This document shows, one piece after another, positions 17,012-24,740 of a stretch of 58,137 nucleotides of DNA; the stretch's first letter is position 1; each line of letters opens with the position of its first letter. The DNA lies in the IMG/VR virus record IMGVR_UViG_3300045988_043439, positions 1-58,137 of that record; one strand, written 5' to 3'. The stretch comes from a virus. Both the position numbers and the translations under genes were made by a program. Below the pieces are notes generated by a model that saw nothing but the letters and a program-made list of their open reading frames with translations, was not told the DNA's origin and searched no databases.

Positions 17012-17674
17012 CGACTATTTCGGACATGGAGAATTGACTTCATTTTGTAGTCGGTTGAATATGTAGAAATGTTGCATTGCTGTATGAGCAGCTGATTACA
17101 GATTGAAAGCGTCTGGCCAGCCGGAGCGGTTTGCTTTGTTTGTTAAAAATATTGAGGCATTTAGTTTGCGACTATTCCCAGTAGAATGCTATGAATTAAA
17201 TAAAATATCATAGTGCGTTAATAGGAATTGAATTGGATATGAACAGGCCGAATCGGATGATACGACTATTCCAAAGGAATAATAGTTAAAAAGATTGAGT
17301 AATTATCTGCGACTATTATAATAAGTACGATTGTTAAAGATTTTGAGGTAATGCGATTTGGATTAAAATTGAAAGGTGTCAAGACACATATTGATTTTTA
17401 GGGGTGTCGGATGACTTAGCGACTATCGCACCTCTCTTTTCTTAAAAGGCGAACGACTATTTCACACAAAAAATACACGACTATTTGACTGTAGTTCGCA
17501 AGAAAACGCTACGACTATTACTCTGCGACTATCAGCGGACTGCTCACTACTATACGATATATAGGACTTTCAAAAGATAGTCGTCTGACGACTTCACGAC
17601 TATTCCACGACTATTTTATTGGAGAAATTACGACTATTGGTTACGACTATTTCAGCCGGAACGCTACGACTATT
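17012..17674. repeat. Iteron-like array: about 15 copies of (T/G/A)CGACTAT(T/C), mostly direct with one inverted, densest at 17420-17675
   Basis: Copies at 17012, 17169, 17263, 17310, 17420, 17454, 17478, 17512, 17526, 17577(inverted), 17597, 17608, 17631, 17644, 17667. Confidence 0.85.
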
Positions 17675-17749
17675 GCTCGCTCTTATTGGCTATCGGGCGA
17701 AAGCCCGAAAAGAAATACGGCGGTAGCCGTCAAGGGTTTCGCGCCGCCG

Positions 17750-17813
17750 TGCCAGGAAGAAAGCACAATGCCAGGCTAATGCCAGGCTAACCTGGTGCCA
17801 GGCTAATGCCAGG
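17750..17813. repeat. Five TGCCAGG boxes, four as 11-bp-phased TGCCAGGCTAA units
   Basis: Copies at 17750, 17769, 17780, 17796, 17807. Confidence 0.85.
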
Positions 17814-18207
17814 CGTGGGAATCATGGAGACCCCGCCGGGCTTGCATGGTCTGCGATCTGTTGCACCCTCATATACCTTATTATAATAGGGCGGCTGTGC
17901 TGGCCTGCACATCGTCCGGGCGTGGCGCTGGTTCTAGTAAGTTCTGGAGGGCGTCCGGGCGCTGTGATACGCTCCAGCGTGGCGCAGGTGGTATTATAGC
18001 CGCTTTTGTCGGTCTGGTATCGCGGGCGGTGGAATGGGGCATATCACAGGAAAAGCGCTTGTAAAGCCCTGTGCGCTGTTTTGTTGCGTTGGTGGTATAA
18101 CTTCATTGACAGCATAAAACGCGCCGTAAACGGCTTGTATGTGACCTTATTGCAACAGGGTAAAATAAAAGTCCTGCACCCTCAACAGATGCAAGGCAAA
18201 AGAAAAG

Positions 18208-18227
18208 CCCCGCCAGCGTGGGCGGGG
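18208..18227. terminator. Bidirectional terminator hairpin
   Basis: ccccgcc-agcgtg-ggcgggg flanked by an A-run (left) and a T-run (right); ends the leftward operon. Confidence 0.6.
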
Positions 18228-18233
18228 TAGGAA

Positions 18234-18389
18234 TTATTTATTTTTTTCTTCAAGGTCTGCAAGGGCGGTGCAAAGCTCCTGTGCTTCCTCTTCTGTCAAG
18301 TCGTATTCTGCGCGGAGTTGGTCAGCGTCTGCGCTTTTCCATCCTCCATCATACAGGGCGGCGGCACTGCTGGAAACATCTTTTAACAT
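18234..18389 (-). CDS. Small acidic protein (51 aa, hand-called)
   Basis: MLKDVSSSAAALYDGGWKSADADQLRAEYDLTEEEAQELCTALADLEEKNK; RBS AGAGGGA. Confidence 0.45.
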   Translation of the reverse strand: MLKDVSSSAAALYDGGWKSADADQLRAEYDLTEEEAQELCTALADLEEKNK

Positions 18390-18617
18390 GGTTTTCCCTC
18401 TTTTCCGGGCTTTTACCCTTTTTTACAGTATAGCATATCGCAAGCCCTAAAAACAGGACTTGCAAGAAATATTTTTGTCCTTTTGGGCTGGGGCGGGGTT
18501 GCTTTACGGTGCAGCCCCGCTAAAGTGTCCGGGCGGCATTACTTGGATGCCTTGAACAGTGCAGAAAAGAACCAGAAGAAGAACAGGGCACAAGATAATA
18601 TCACTTGTCGCACCCCC

Positions 18618-18881
18618 TCATACCACGCTAAAACGCTTGTATGTGGTGCGCTTGCTGCACTCCGCATAAATATCCGGGTGCGCTGCCTGTAAAAGTTTGC
18701 TGTCAAGCCGTACACTTTGCACGTCCTTATACATCACCTTGCAAGCGCCTGCTACAACCTCCGGCGCTCCCTGCATCATGGTTATAATCTCATCTCGCAG
18801 GCTATCCCGCACCTGCTCCGCTTGCTCTGCCAGCCGCTTATATTCGCGGTATTCGTTGCACTTTTGCTCTAAATCTGTCAT
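18618..18881 (-). CDS. Conserved-looking hypothetical coiled-coil protein
   Basis: 87 aa, YKRLAEQAEQVRDSLRDEI...YKDVQSVRLDSKLLQAAHPDIY... Confidence 0.5.
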   Translation of the reverse strand: MTDLEQKCNEYREYKRLAEQAEQVRDSLRDEIITMMQGAPEVVAGACKVMYKDVQSVRLDSKLLQAAHPDIYAECSKRTTYKRFSVV

Positions 18882-18884
18882 TTT

Positions 18885-19163
18885 TCAGCCCTCCATATAA
18901 AACGCGGCGTATTTTCCCGTTTTTGCGTTTGTGCAATTATAATACTCAAATGACGCTACCACGTTGTTAAAATCGTTCCGTGCTCCTATGTCATCGATAA
19001 TAAATCGTTCCCGGCTTTTTCGGTTTGTTGTATAGGGGTATTTCGGAACAAAATTTGCCTGGCAAATTGCCACAGTAAACCCGTTCACATATGCCGCGCA
19101 TGCCTGATTTTTCGGGACACGTTTCCACGTTTTACCGTTGCTTGTAAAGCTGCGTTTTTTCAT
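18885..19163 (-). CDS. Hypothetical protein
   Basis: Start moved to MKKRSFTS behind RBS AAGGGAGGA. Confidence 0.5.
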   Translation of the reverse strand: MKKRSFTSNGKTWKRVPKNQACAAYVNGFTVAICQANFVPKYPYTTNRKSRERFIIDDIGARNDFNNVVASFEYYNCTNAKTGKYAAFYMEG

Positions 19164-19177
19164 GTTTAAGTCCTCCC

Positions 19178-19273
19178 TTAGCTGTTGAAAATAGCAATCA
19201 TTACCAATGCGCCGGATATCATGCCGCCGATGTACCAGAGGGCTGCCCACTGGGAAAAGTCCAAAGTAATCAT
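19178..19273 (-). CDS. 31-aa hydrophobic peptide (hand-called)
   Basis: MITLDFSQWAALWYIGGMISGALVMIAIFNS behind GGAGGG. Confidence 0.35.
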   Translation of the reverse strand: MITLDFSQWAALWYIGGMISGALVMIAIFNS

Positions 19274-19288
19274 GCTGTAAACCCTCCA

Positions 19289-19486
19289 TTAATCAAATTC
19301 CGGCATTGTCAGAATGATTTTTTTGCAACGCTCAACGCTCAAGCGGTACGGCTTGGAGCGGGTCAGGTTGTCCGCTACAATCTGAGTGTATACCATAAGC
19401 GGCAGCTCAAACAGCCCGGCGCACTTGGGATACAGGCGCACGGCCTGATTTCTGATTTCTGCGTTTAGCTCGTCTGATCTGGTCAT
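19289..19486 (-). CDS. Hypothetical protein
   Basis: 65-aa ORF. Confidence 0.5.
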   Translation of the reverse strand: MTRSDELNAEIRNQAVRLYPKCAGLFELPLMVYTQIVADNLTRSKPYRLSVERCKKIILTMPEFD

Positions 19487-19531
19487 TTTATTATACCTCC
19501 GTATTTTTGCCGTTGGGGTTAATCCAATCGT

Positions 19532-19969
19532 TTAAAACCAGTAAAGCAAATACATATCTGTGCCCGGCTTGTTGATCTCTCTAATGCAAGGATACAAGCC
19601 GTAACTGTCGATTTGCAAGCCGTATTCTGCAAGCTCTTTATCAAGCTTTACACGTCGTTTTGCAAGCTGAGTCTGTCGGGTTTTGAGCCACGCGGAATTA
19701 TAATAGCGGCTGTCGTTGTCAAGCTCCCACGCTCTTGCATCTGCAAGCCCCCAACGTTGCACGTTGTCAAGCAGCTTTCTTGCCTTTTCGTATGCCTCAG
19801 TGGGCACACGGTCAGCGGCTTTATCTGCGGCGGTTGTCAGCGCGTCAAGCGTGGCAAGGTCAAACGCGGCGCGGGCTCTGTTGTACCATACACACGCGCG
19901 ATGGCTGCGGCCTTCGTAGTCTCCCGGAATGGGGCGGGCGGTGTATTCGATCTCTTTATTGTTCATCAT
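19532..19969 (-). CDS. Hypothetical protein (first gene of the leftward operon)
   Basis: Start set at MMNNKEIEY behind AGGAGG. Confidence 0.5.
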   Translation of the reverse strand: MMNNKEIEYTARPIPGDYEGRSHRACVWYNRARAAFDLATLDALTTAADKAADRVPTEAYEKARKLLDNVQRWGLADARAWELDNDSRYYNSAWLKTRQTQLAKRRVKLDKELAEYGLQIDSYGLYPCIREINKPGTDMYLLYWF

Positions 19970-20026
19970 GGTTTTGTCCTCCTGTTTTGTGGTGGTGTGG
20001 TGGCGTACATCCTCTGTACATTTACT

Positions 20027-20081
20027 ATTATACATGATTAAACGTACAAGTCAATAGTATATTCAAGATTAAACGTACAAG
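20027..20081 (-). promoter_or_regulatory. Leftward promoter with two GATTAAACGTACA operator copies
   Basis: Minus strand TTGACT-16 nt-TATAAT (20054-20027). Motif copies at 20036-20050 (in the spacer) and 20067-20081. Confidence 0.5.
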
Positions 20082-20534
20082 CGCATAAAAACGTTGCACA
20101 CGCAACATACAAGCGTTGCGTCCTCCAACACCCGCCGCCGTCCTGATCTGCCCGGTGCAGCTTGCCCAGCGTCCGGGCGTGTGTACCTTGCCTTGCGTTG
20201 CCTTACCTGGTATTTGCCCGCCCTGGTTCTGGCACGGCCTGCCCTGCTGCCTGTGCTGTGCAGTCTGTCCGGGTGCGCTGGGGCTTGGGTCTCCACCTCT
20301 GGGGTATATGGGACGAGCCGGGGGTGGGGTGGTCGACACCTCGCGTAGAAAAAATTCAAAAAAGGCGTTTTCCGGAGGTTGTGTTGCCAACACCCACCCC
20401 ACCTTTACAAAACGAAACCCATCCGATTGTGCAATTCTCCAAAAATTCCAAAAAATACAAAAAGACCCCTTTCGGAGCCTAGATTGTGGTATAATCAGCT
20501 AAAGGCTATGTGCCAAAGAAAGGAAGAATCGAAA

Positions 20535-20993
20535 ATGAGAAAGAGAATCGTTGCGGCAGTCCTTATGGCTATCTTGGCTTGCATTATGTTGGTTGGCTGC
20601 GATAGCGGAGACTTTGCGCCTGAAATCAGCGAGGATGCTTATAAGGCGCAGTGCCGGCAGATGGATTACAAGGAACTGTTCCGCTATCCCGATAAGTACA
20701 AAGGAACTAAGGTTATGGTCAAGGTCAGGGTTGCACAGATTGTAAGCGCAAACTTCTCCGGCAGCAGGAAAGCATGGAGAGCCTACACCGATAACAGCGG
20801 ATACGGATTCTATGCAGATGATGAGTATTATATGCTGGACAAGCGTGGCAGTTCCGCCGTAAAGATTTTGACTGATGATATTGTCGTTGTCTACGGTGAG
20901 TTCACCGGTCTTGAAGAAGTAACAAGAGCGTTGACTGGCACGACCGATGAAATCCCGCGCATAGAAGTGAAGTACGCAGACCTCGCAAAATAA
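20535..20993 (+). CDS. Lipoprotein (moron-like, with its own promoter and terminator)
   Basis: MRKRIVAAVLMAILACIMLVGC lipobox; upstream extended -10 TGTGGTATAAT near 20482-20492. Confidence 0.7.
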   Translation: MRKRIVAAVLMAILACIMLVGCDSGDFAPEISEDAYKAQCRQMDYKELFRYPDKYKGTKVMVKVRVAQIVSANFSGSRKAWRAYTDNSGYGFYADDEYYMLDKRGSSAVKILTDDIVVVYGEFTGLEEVTRALTGTTDEIPRIEVKYADLAK

Positions 20994-21004
20994 TCCACAA
21001 CACA

Positions 21005-21043
21005 AAAAGCCAGCGGCTAGATGTTCTCTAACCACTGGCTTTT
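21005..21043. terminator. Bidirectional terminator between convergent genes
   Basis: aaaaagccagcgg...ccactggctttt. Confidence 0.6.
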
Positions 21044-21054
21044 ATTATTGTCTA

Positions 21055-21843
21055 TTATACGCTTCTACGGATGCTTGCATAAAGCAGACGGAACGTCTCA
21101 CGGCCTTTCGGCGTTACTCTGGTCTGTACGCCACCGTGCTTGTTCTTCTGGTTACAGTATTCCTTAACAGCAAACAAGCCGTCGCCCTTGCCCGCTTTCG
21201 GCAAGATGCCCTTGCTCTTGTCACGGTAGATGTATCCGTCAGAAATGAGCATCTTGATAAACAGGCGTTCAGGGATACGCAGTTCCTTTGCGGTCGAGCG
21301 GAAATTTGTAGACACGTTCCATGCCACAAGGTCATCGAAGTAGTCGGCTTTGGGCTGCATCTCTTCGTTCTTCTCACAGAGTTGCTTGTTCTGCATTTGC
21401 AACGCTGCACTCTTTTCCTTTTCGGCTTTCATGTTCTGAATCAGCCCGATCACAAAGTCCGGGTTGGCAATAGCCGTCTCCAACAGGTTGTCGGTCATGT
21501 ACATTCCATGCTTGCGGATGGACGGCAAAACCTCGTGAGTGACCCAGTGTTTGAACCGCTGTGCGCTTTCCAGCTTGCTGCTGAAAATCAGACTGTACAG
21601 GCCGGATTCGTTGATGATGGTTGTCTTGCTCTTGTAATTAGAACCATCACCCTGAATCAGGGTAGTGGTTTTATCTTGCTCATCAACGTGTGCTGACAGT
21701 GCGTTCTCAGGCTTTGCGTAGCCAAGTGCTACCGCAATGTCCTTTCCAACAAACCAAGGGTCATCGTCAATGAGCATGACACGGATTTCGCCAAACTCGG
21801 CGTTGTTGAAGATTTTGATGTTCTCAGACAAAGAAAGTTGCAT
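21055..21843 (-). CDS. Second antirepressor (Bro-N plus ANT/KilAC-type C-terminal domain)
   Basis: FGEIRVMLIDDDPWFVGKDIAVALGY...NESGLYSLIFSSKLESAQRFKHWVTHEVLPSIRKHGMY. Confidence 0.8.
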   Translation of the reverse strand: MQLSLSENIKIFNNAEFGEIRVMLIDDDPWFVGKDIAVALGYAKPENALSAHVDEQDKTTTLIQGDGSNYKSKTTIINESGLYSLIFSSKLESAQRFKHWVTHEVLPSIRKHGMYMTDNLLETAIANPDFVIGLIQNMKAEKEKSAALQMQNKQLCEKNEEMQPKADYFDDLVAWNVSTNFRSTAKELRIPERLFIKMLISDGYIYRDKSKGILPKAGKGDGLFAVKEYCNQKNKHGGVQTRVTPKGRETFRLLYASIRRSV

Positions 21844-21861
21844 TAAAAAGCCCCTTTTCAC

Positions 21862-21976
21862 TTGTGAGAGAAGCAATTTTCTGCTATAATAACGGCGAGA
21901 GAATGCTTCTCTCAGGGTTTACATGATACGCTCGCTAAAGTTTGCCGACAGCAGCGAGCGTATCATTTTTCGTTTT
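21862..21976 (+). ncRNA. Candidate ~80-nt antisense sRNA with its own promoter (sar-like) in the RHH-ant intercistronic region
   Basis: TTGTGA (21862)-17 nt-TATAAT (21885); hairpin gagagaa-tgc-ttctctc; perfect 14-bp stem atgatacgctcgct/agcgagcgtatcat plus ttttcgtttt. Confidence 0.3.
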
Positions 21977-22139
21977 CATTGGTGGAATCCATCGGATGCA
22001 GCGTAAAGAACGTTTCACGGAACGCAGCGGAGATGGAGACCCGGTTCTTGATGCAGTATTCCTGCAAGCTTGCAAACTGCCGTTCCGTCACGCTGATGGT
22101 AACGGTGTGACCGTAACGCTCTGCGTAAGGACTACTCAT
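21963..22139 (-). CDS. Ribbon-helix-helix (Arc/Mnt/CopG-like) protein (58 aa, hand-called)
   Basis: MSSPYAERYGHTVTISVTERQFASLQEYCIKNRVSISAAFRETFFTL: beta strand plus two helices in the RHH pattern; directly upstream of ant. Confidence 0.55.
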   Translation of the reverse strand: MSSPYAERYGHTVTISVTERQFASLQEYCIKNRVSISAAFRETFFTLHPMDSTNENEK

Positions 22140-22241
22140 ACATATTCACCCCCTTTCGTTTTGCTGTGCAATAAGTGTAACTGCAAAATATCTGAATGTC
22201 AATCAAAAATACACTAGATATTGTGTTCGCTAGTGTTGACA

Positions 22242-22406
22242 TCAGATTTTGCCGTTCTTATTGGCTGCTCCCGCTTCGTACCCTGCCCGGTAGTTCAGTT
22301 CGGACAGCTTACCCAGCGCTTCTGCGTACTCCCTATCCTCGCTGGTCGGCTCTTTGCCGTGGGCGAGGGTTTTCAGAAATTCTTCGGTTTTCGTAGGAAA
22401 GTTCAT
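22242..22406 (-). CDS. Small charged protein (54 aa, hand-called)
   Basis: MNFPTKTEEFLKTLAHGKEPTSEDREYAEALGKLSELNYRAGYEAGAANKNGKI; RBS AAAGGAG. Confidence 0.45.
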   Translation of the reverse strand: MNFPTKTEEFLKTLAHGKEPTSEDREYAEALGKLSELNYRAGYEAGAANKNGKI

Positions 22407-22424
22407 GTTTTTTGCTCCTTTCTA

Positions 22425-22558
22425 TTGCAGAAGTCGTTTGCTTCTGCTATAATAATTGACAGAAACCGAGACTGCGCCCTTGGTTGCGTAGCTTCTGTTT
22501 TGTGGTGGAATAGGACGTCAGTGCTACTTTGGTCGGTATGCTGACGGCCTATTTTTTT
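22425..22558 (+). ncRNA. Candidate ~100-nt divergent sRNA (promoter plus terminator, no ORF)
   Basis: TTGCAG (22425)-17 nt-TATAAT (22448); hairpin cgtcag...ctgacg followed by a T7 run ending about 22558. Confidence 0.3.
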
Positions 22559-22889
22559 ATGCCACAAAGGATAAATCTACCGCTGTTGGTTGATTCATCA
22601 TGCGTTCTGCTGTCTTAGATTATAGACGCTTGGTATATAGTTGTCAACAGCCCAATTTGTATAATTCTTATCCATGGATACATGGATTTTGTTCACATAT
22701 ATGTGATTTTTGATAGCGATTTACTATCTTTGAGATGCTGTTATCTTGTGATGATAGTTCTTGCCGAATACGGATTATCGAATATTTTTGAAATTGCTAT
22801 ACGTTTTGTATATAAAAACGCATTTGATTGGTGATTTCAGAAATATCTGAACATTGTGATAGTAAAAGCAAAAATACGCAAACTTTCTC

Positions 22890-22918
22890 TTGACGATTAA
22901 ACGTACATGGTGTATAAT
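22890..22918 (+). promoter_or_regulatory. Promoter of the serine recombinase gene, with a GATTAAACGTACA operator in the spacer
   Basis: TTGACG-17 nt-TATAAT; motif at 22895-22907. Confidence 0.6.
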
Positions 22919-22944
22919 AGGGTCAAGAAAGAGAGCTGTTAAAA

Positions 22945-23709
22945 ATGAAAAACGTAGCTGCTTATATCCGAGTTTCTACCGAAGGGCAATGCGGAGAGGA
23001 CAAATTTGGACTTGAAGCACAAAGGGAACAGATAGAAGAATATTGCAAAAAAAATGACATGAAAATTGTCAAATGGTACACTGATGAAGGTGAATCTGGG
23101 GCAAAGCGTAGGCCGGGCTTTGATAGCATCCTTTACGGAAAAGATGATGTTGAATACGAAGCTGTTGTAGCCGCTAAAAGCGATAGAATTGCTAGAGACA
23201 TCAATGTGTATTTTTGGTACAGGATGGAACTTCTTACTAAAAAGAACGTTTCGCTTATCAGCGTGGCCGAAGATTTTGGAGAATTTGGAGTGTTTTCTGA
23301 TATGTTGAGAACCTTTACAATATGTTGCGCTCAAATGGAAAGAGACAATATAACAAAAAGAACATCTAGCGGAAGAGCAATTAAGGCATCTAATGGCGGT
23401 TATAGCGGTGGAAAAGCACCTATGGGATATAAAGTAAAGGATGGGGCACTCATTATTAACGAAGAGGAAGCAAAAATTGTAAAAAGAGCGTTTGAACTTC
23501 GAGATTCTGGTGAAACGATTCGTTCTGTTGTGAACAAGTTAAACGAAGAGGGTTATCGAGGGAGAAAAGGAAACCCATTTACCATTAGCACCGTTCAATC
23601 TATTCTTAGCAACAGGAAAACGTATGAGGGATATTATCGGTACGGAAAGGATGGCGAGTGGGTTAAAGGTAAGCAGGAACCAATTTTGGAAGAAAAAAAG
23701 GAAGGTTAA
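22945..23709 (+). CDS. Serine recombinase (resolvase catalytic domain plus recombinase domain; only 254 aa)
   Basis: AAYIRVSTEGQ (catalytic Ser), DRIARD, MERDNITKRTSSGR, GGKAPMGYK. Confidence 0.8.
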   Translation: MKNVAAYIRVSTEGQCGEDKFGLEAQREQIEEYCKKNDMKIVKWYTDEGESGAKRRPGFDSILYGKDDVEYEAVVAAKSDRIARDINVYFWYRMELLTKKNVSLISVAEDFGEFGVFSDMLRTFTICCAQMERDNITKRTSSGRAIKASNGGYSGGKAPMGYKVKDGALIINEEEAKIVKRAFELRDSGETIRSVVNKLNEEGYRGRKGNPFTISTVQSILSNRKTYEGYYRYGKDGEWVKGKQEPILEEKKEG

Positions 23710-23710
23710 A

Positions 23711-24295
23711 ATGGAGCGTACTTTTGGCGATATTCAAAATGCAGCGAAAGAATGCGAAAAGAACAACTATGTATATGTTTGGTTTTTCTCTAAAGATGAT
23801 CGCTTTGTCCCCTTTTACGTTGGGATTGGAAGCGATAAAAACAGATGGAAAAACAAAACTTCAAGGAGTAAGACATTTAGAGATTTTGTAAAAAGAAATA
23901 AATGCGTTTCCATGAAAGTCCTAGAGAATCTTGTTTATGAAGTCGCAAGAGAAGTGGAAATAAGAACAAAGAAGAAGTTAGTCGAAAATGGATATTTCAT
24001 TATGGATGCCGAAGATGATTTTGATATGCGCCGCTTGCGTCAGGCAGAGGGCATAGCCGCCATGCCTATTGTTGATGGCAAGAGAGTGTCGGCGAGAACA
24101 GGTCGTAGCTTCGGCAGGCAGGAAAAGCAAGTTGACGAGCAGCAGTTTGAAAGCCTATTAGAGCAACAGCAAAAAGGCAAAATTACCGTAAAAGAGTGCT
24201 GCAAGCAGCTTGGCATCGGGAAATCCACTTGGTATGAGCGTGTCGAAAGATACGCAAATAAAAATAGCGGCAGCCCAACCACAAGCCACCGCTAA
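23711..24295 (+). CDS. GIY-YIG-like nuclease domain protein with a C-terminal resolvase-type HTH
   Basis: YVYVWFFSKDDRFVPFYVGIGS..R..N (GIY-YIG-like); C-terminal ITVKECCKQLGIGKSTWYERV. Confidence 0.45.
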   Translation: MERTFGDIQNAAKECEKNNYVYVWFFSKDDRFVPFYVGIGSDKNRWKNKTSRSKTFRDFVKRNKCVSMKVLENLVYEVAREVEIRTKKKLVENGYFIMDAEDDFDMRRLRQAEGIAAMPIVDGKRVSARTGRSFGRQEKQVDEQQFESLLEQQQKGKITVKECCKQLGIGKSTWYERVERYANKNSGSPTTSHR

Positions 24296-24324
24296 TAGTA
24301 CACCAACTTCATCAAAACAGGAAA

Positions 24325-24360
24325 AAGAATGGTGCAACCACAGTATACCATTCTTTCTTC
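24325..24360 (+). terminator. Rho-independent terminator
   Basis: aagaatggt-13 nt-accattctt followed by tcttct. Confidence 0.5.
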
Positions 24361-24509
24361 TAATAAACAAGGAAAACTAAAAATAAAAAAGCGGCGACCC
24401 ACCACAGGCCGCTGCTATAAACAAGAACCACCAATCCCTCAACAGGATGATAGTACATAAGTATTATATCATTTCTTTTGGGGGAACACAACACCAAAGG
24501 AGAATGAAT

Positions 24510-24695
24510 ATGGCGAATAGTTATTGTAAATCGGAGGCAATCAATAATTTCATGGACAACGTGACAGCTACTGTTACAGAATACATTCTTGAGATCGGTA
24601 TGGAAGAAACCGTAAAGAAGTTAGTTGATAGCAACGCACCGCTAGATATTTTCCCACATATCACGGCTTACGCAAAGGAACACGGATTTATGTGA
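24510..24695 (+). CDS. Hypothetical protein
   Basis: RBS AAGGAG 7 nt upstream; 61 aa. Confidence 0.45.
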   Translation: MANSYCKSEAINNFMDNVTATVTEYILEIGMEETVKKLVDSNAPLDIFPHITAYAKEHGFM

Positions 24696-24740
24696 CCCGC
24701 CAGACATGGTATCGGATTGCTGAACAGAACAGGTGAATCT

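Noticed and set aside
17012-17813. Possible CRISPR array
   Set aside because: The repeats are only 8-11 bp, irregularly spaced and partly inverted. There are no 25-40-bp repeat units with unique spacers of similar length, and no cas genes. They fit iterons or protein-binding boxes better.
20028-20502. Cluster of 84-128-aa ORFs on both strands
   Set aside because: All fall inside the GC-rich non-coding block. They have Pro/Arg/Gly/Ala low-complexity translations, mutual overlaps and no RBS.
22945-23709. Serine recombinase as the prophage integrase
   Set aside because: At 254 aa it lacks the C-terminal zinc-ribbon/coiled-coil domains of large serine integrases. The replicon also has full Rep/Par functions. 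A resolvase or invertase-type role is more likely, though integration cannot be formally excluded.
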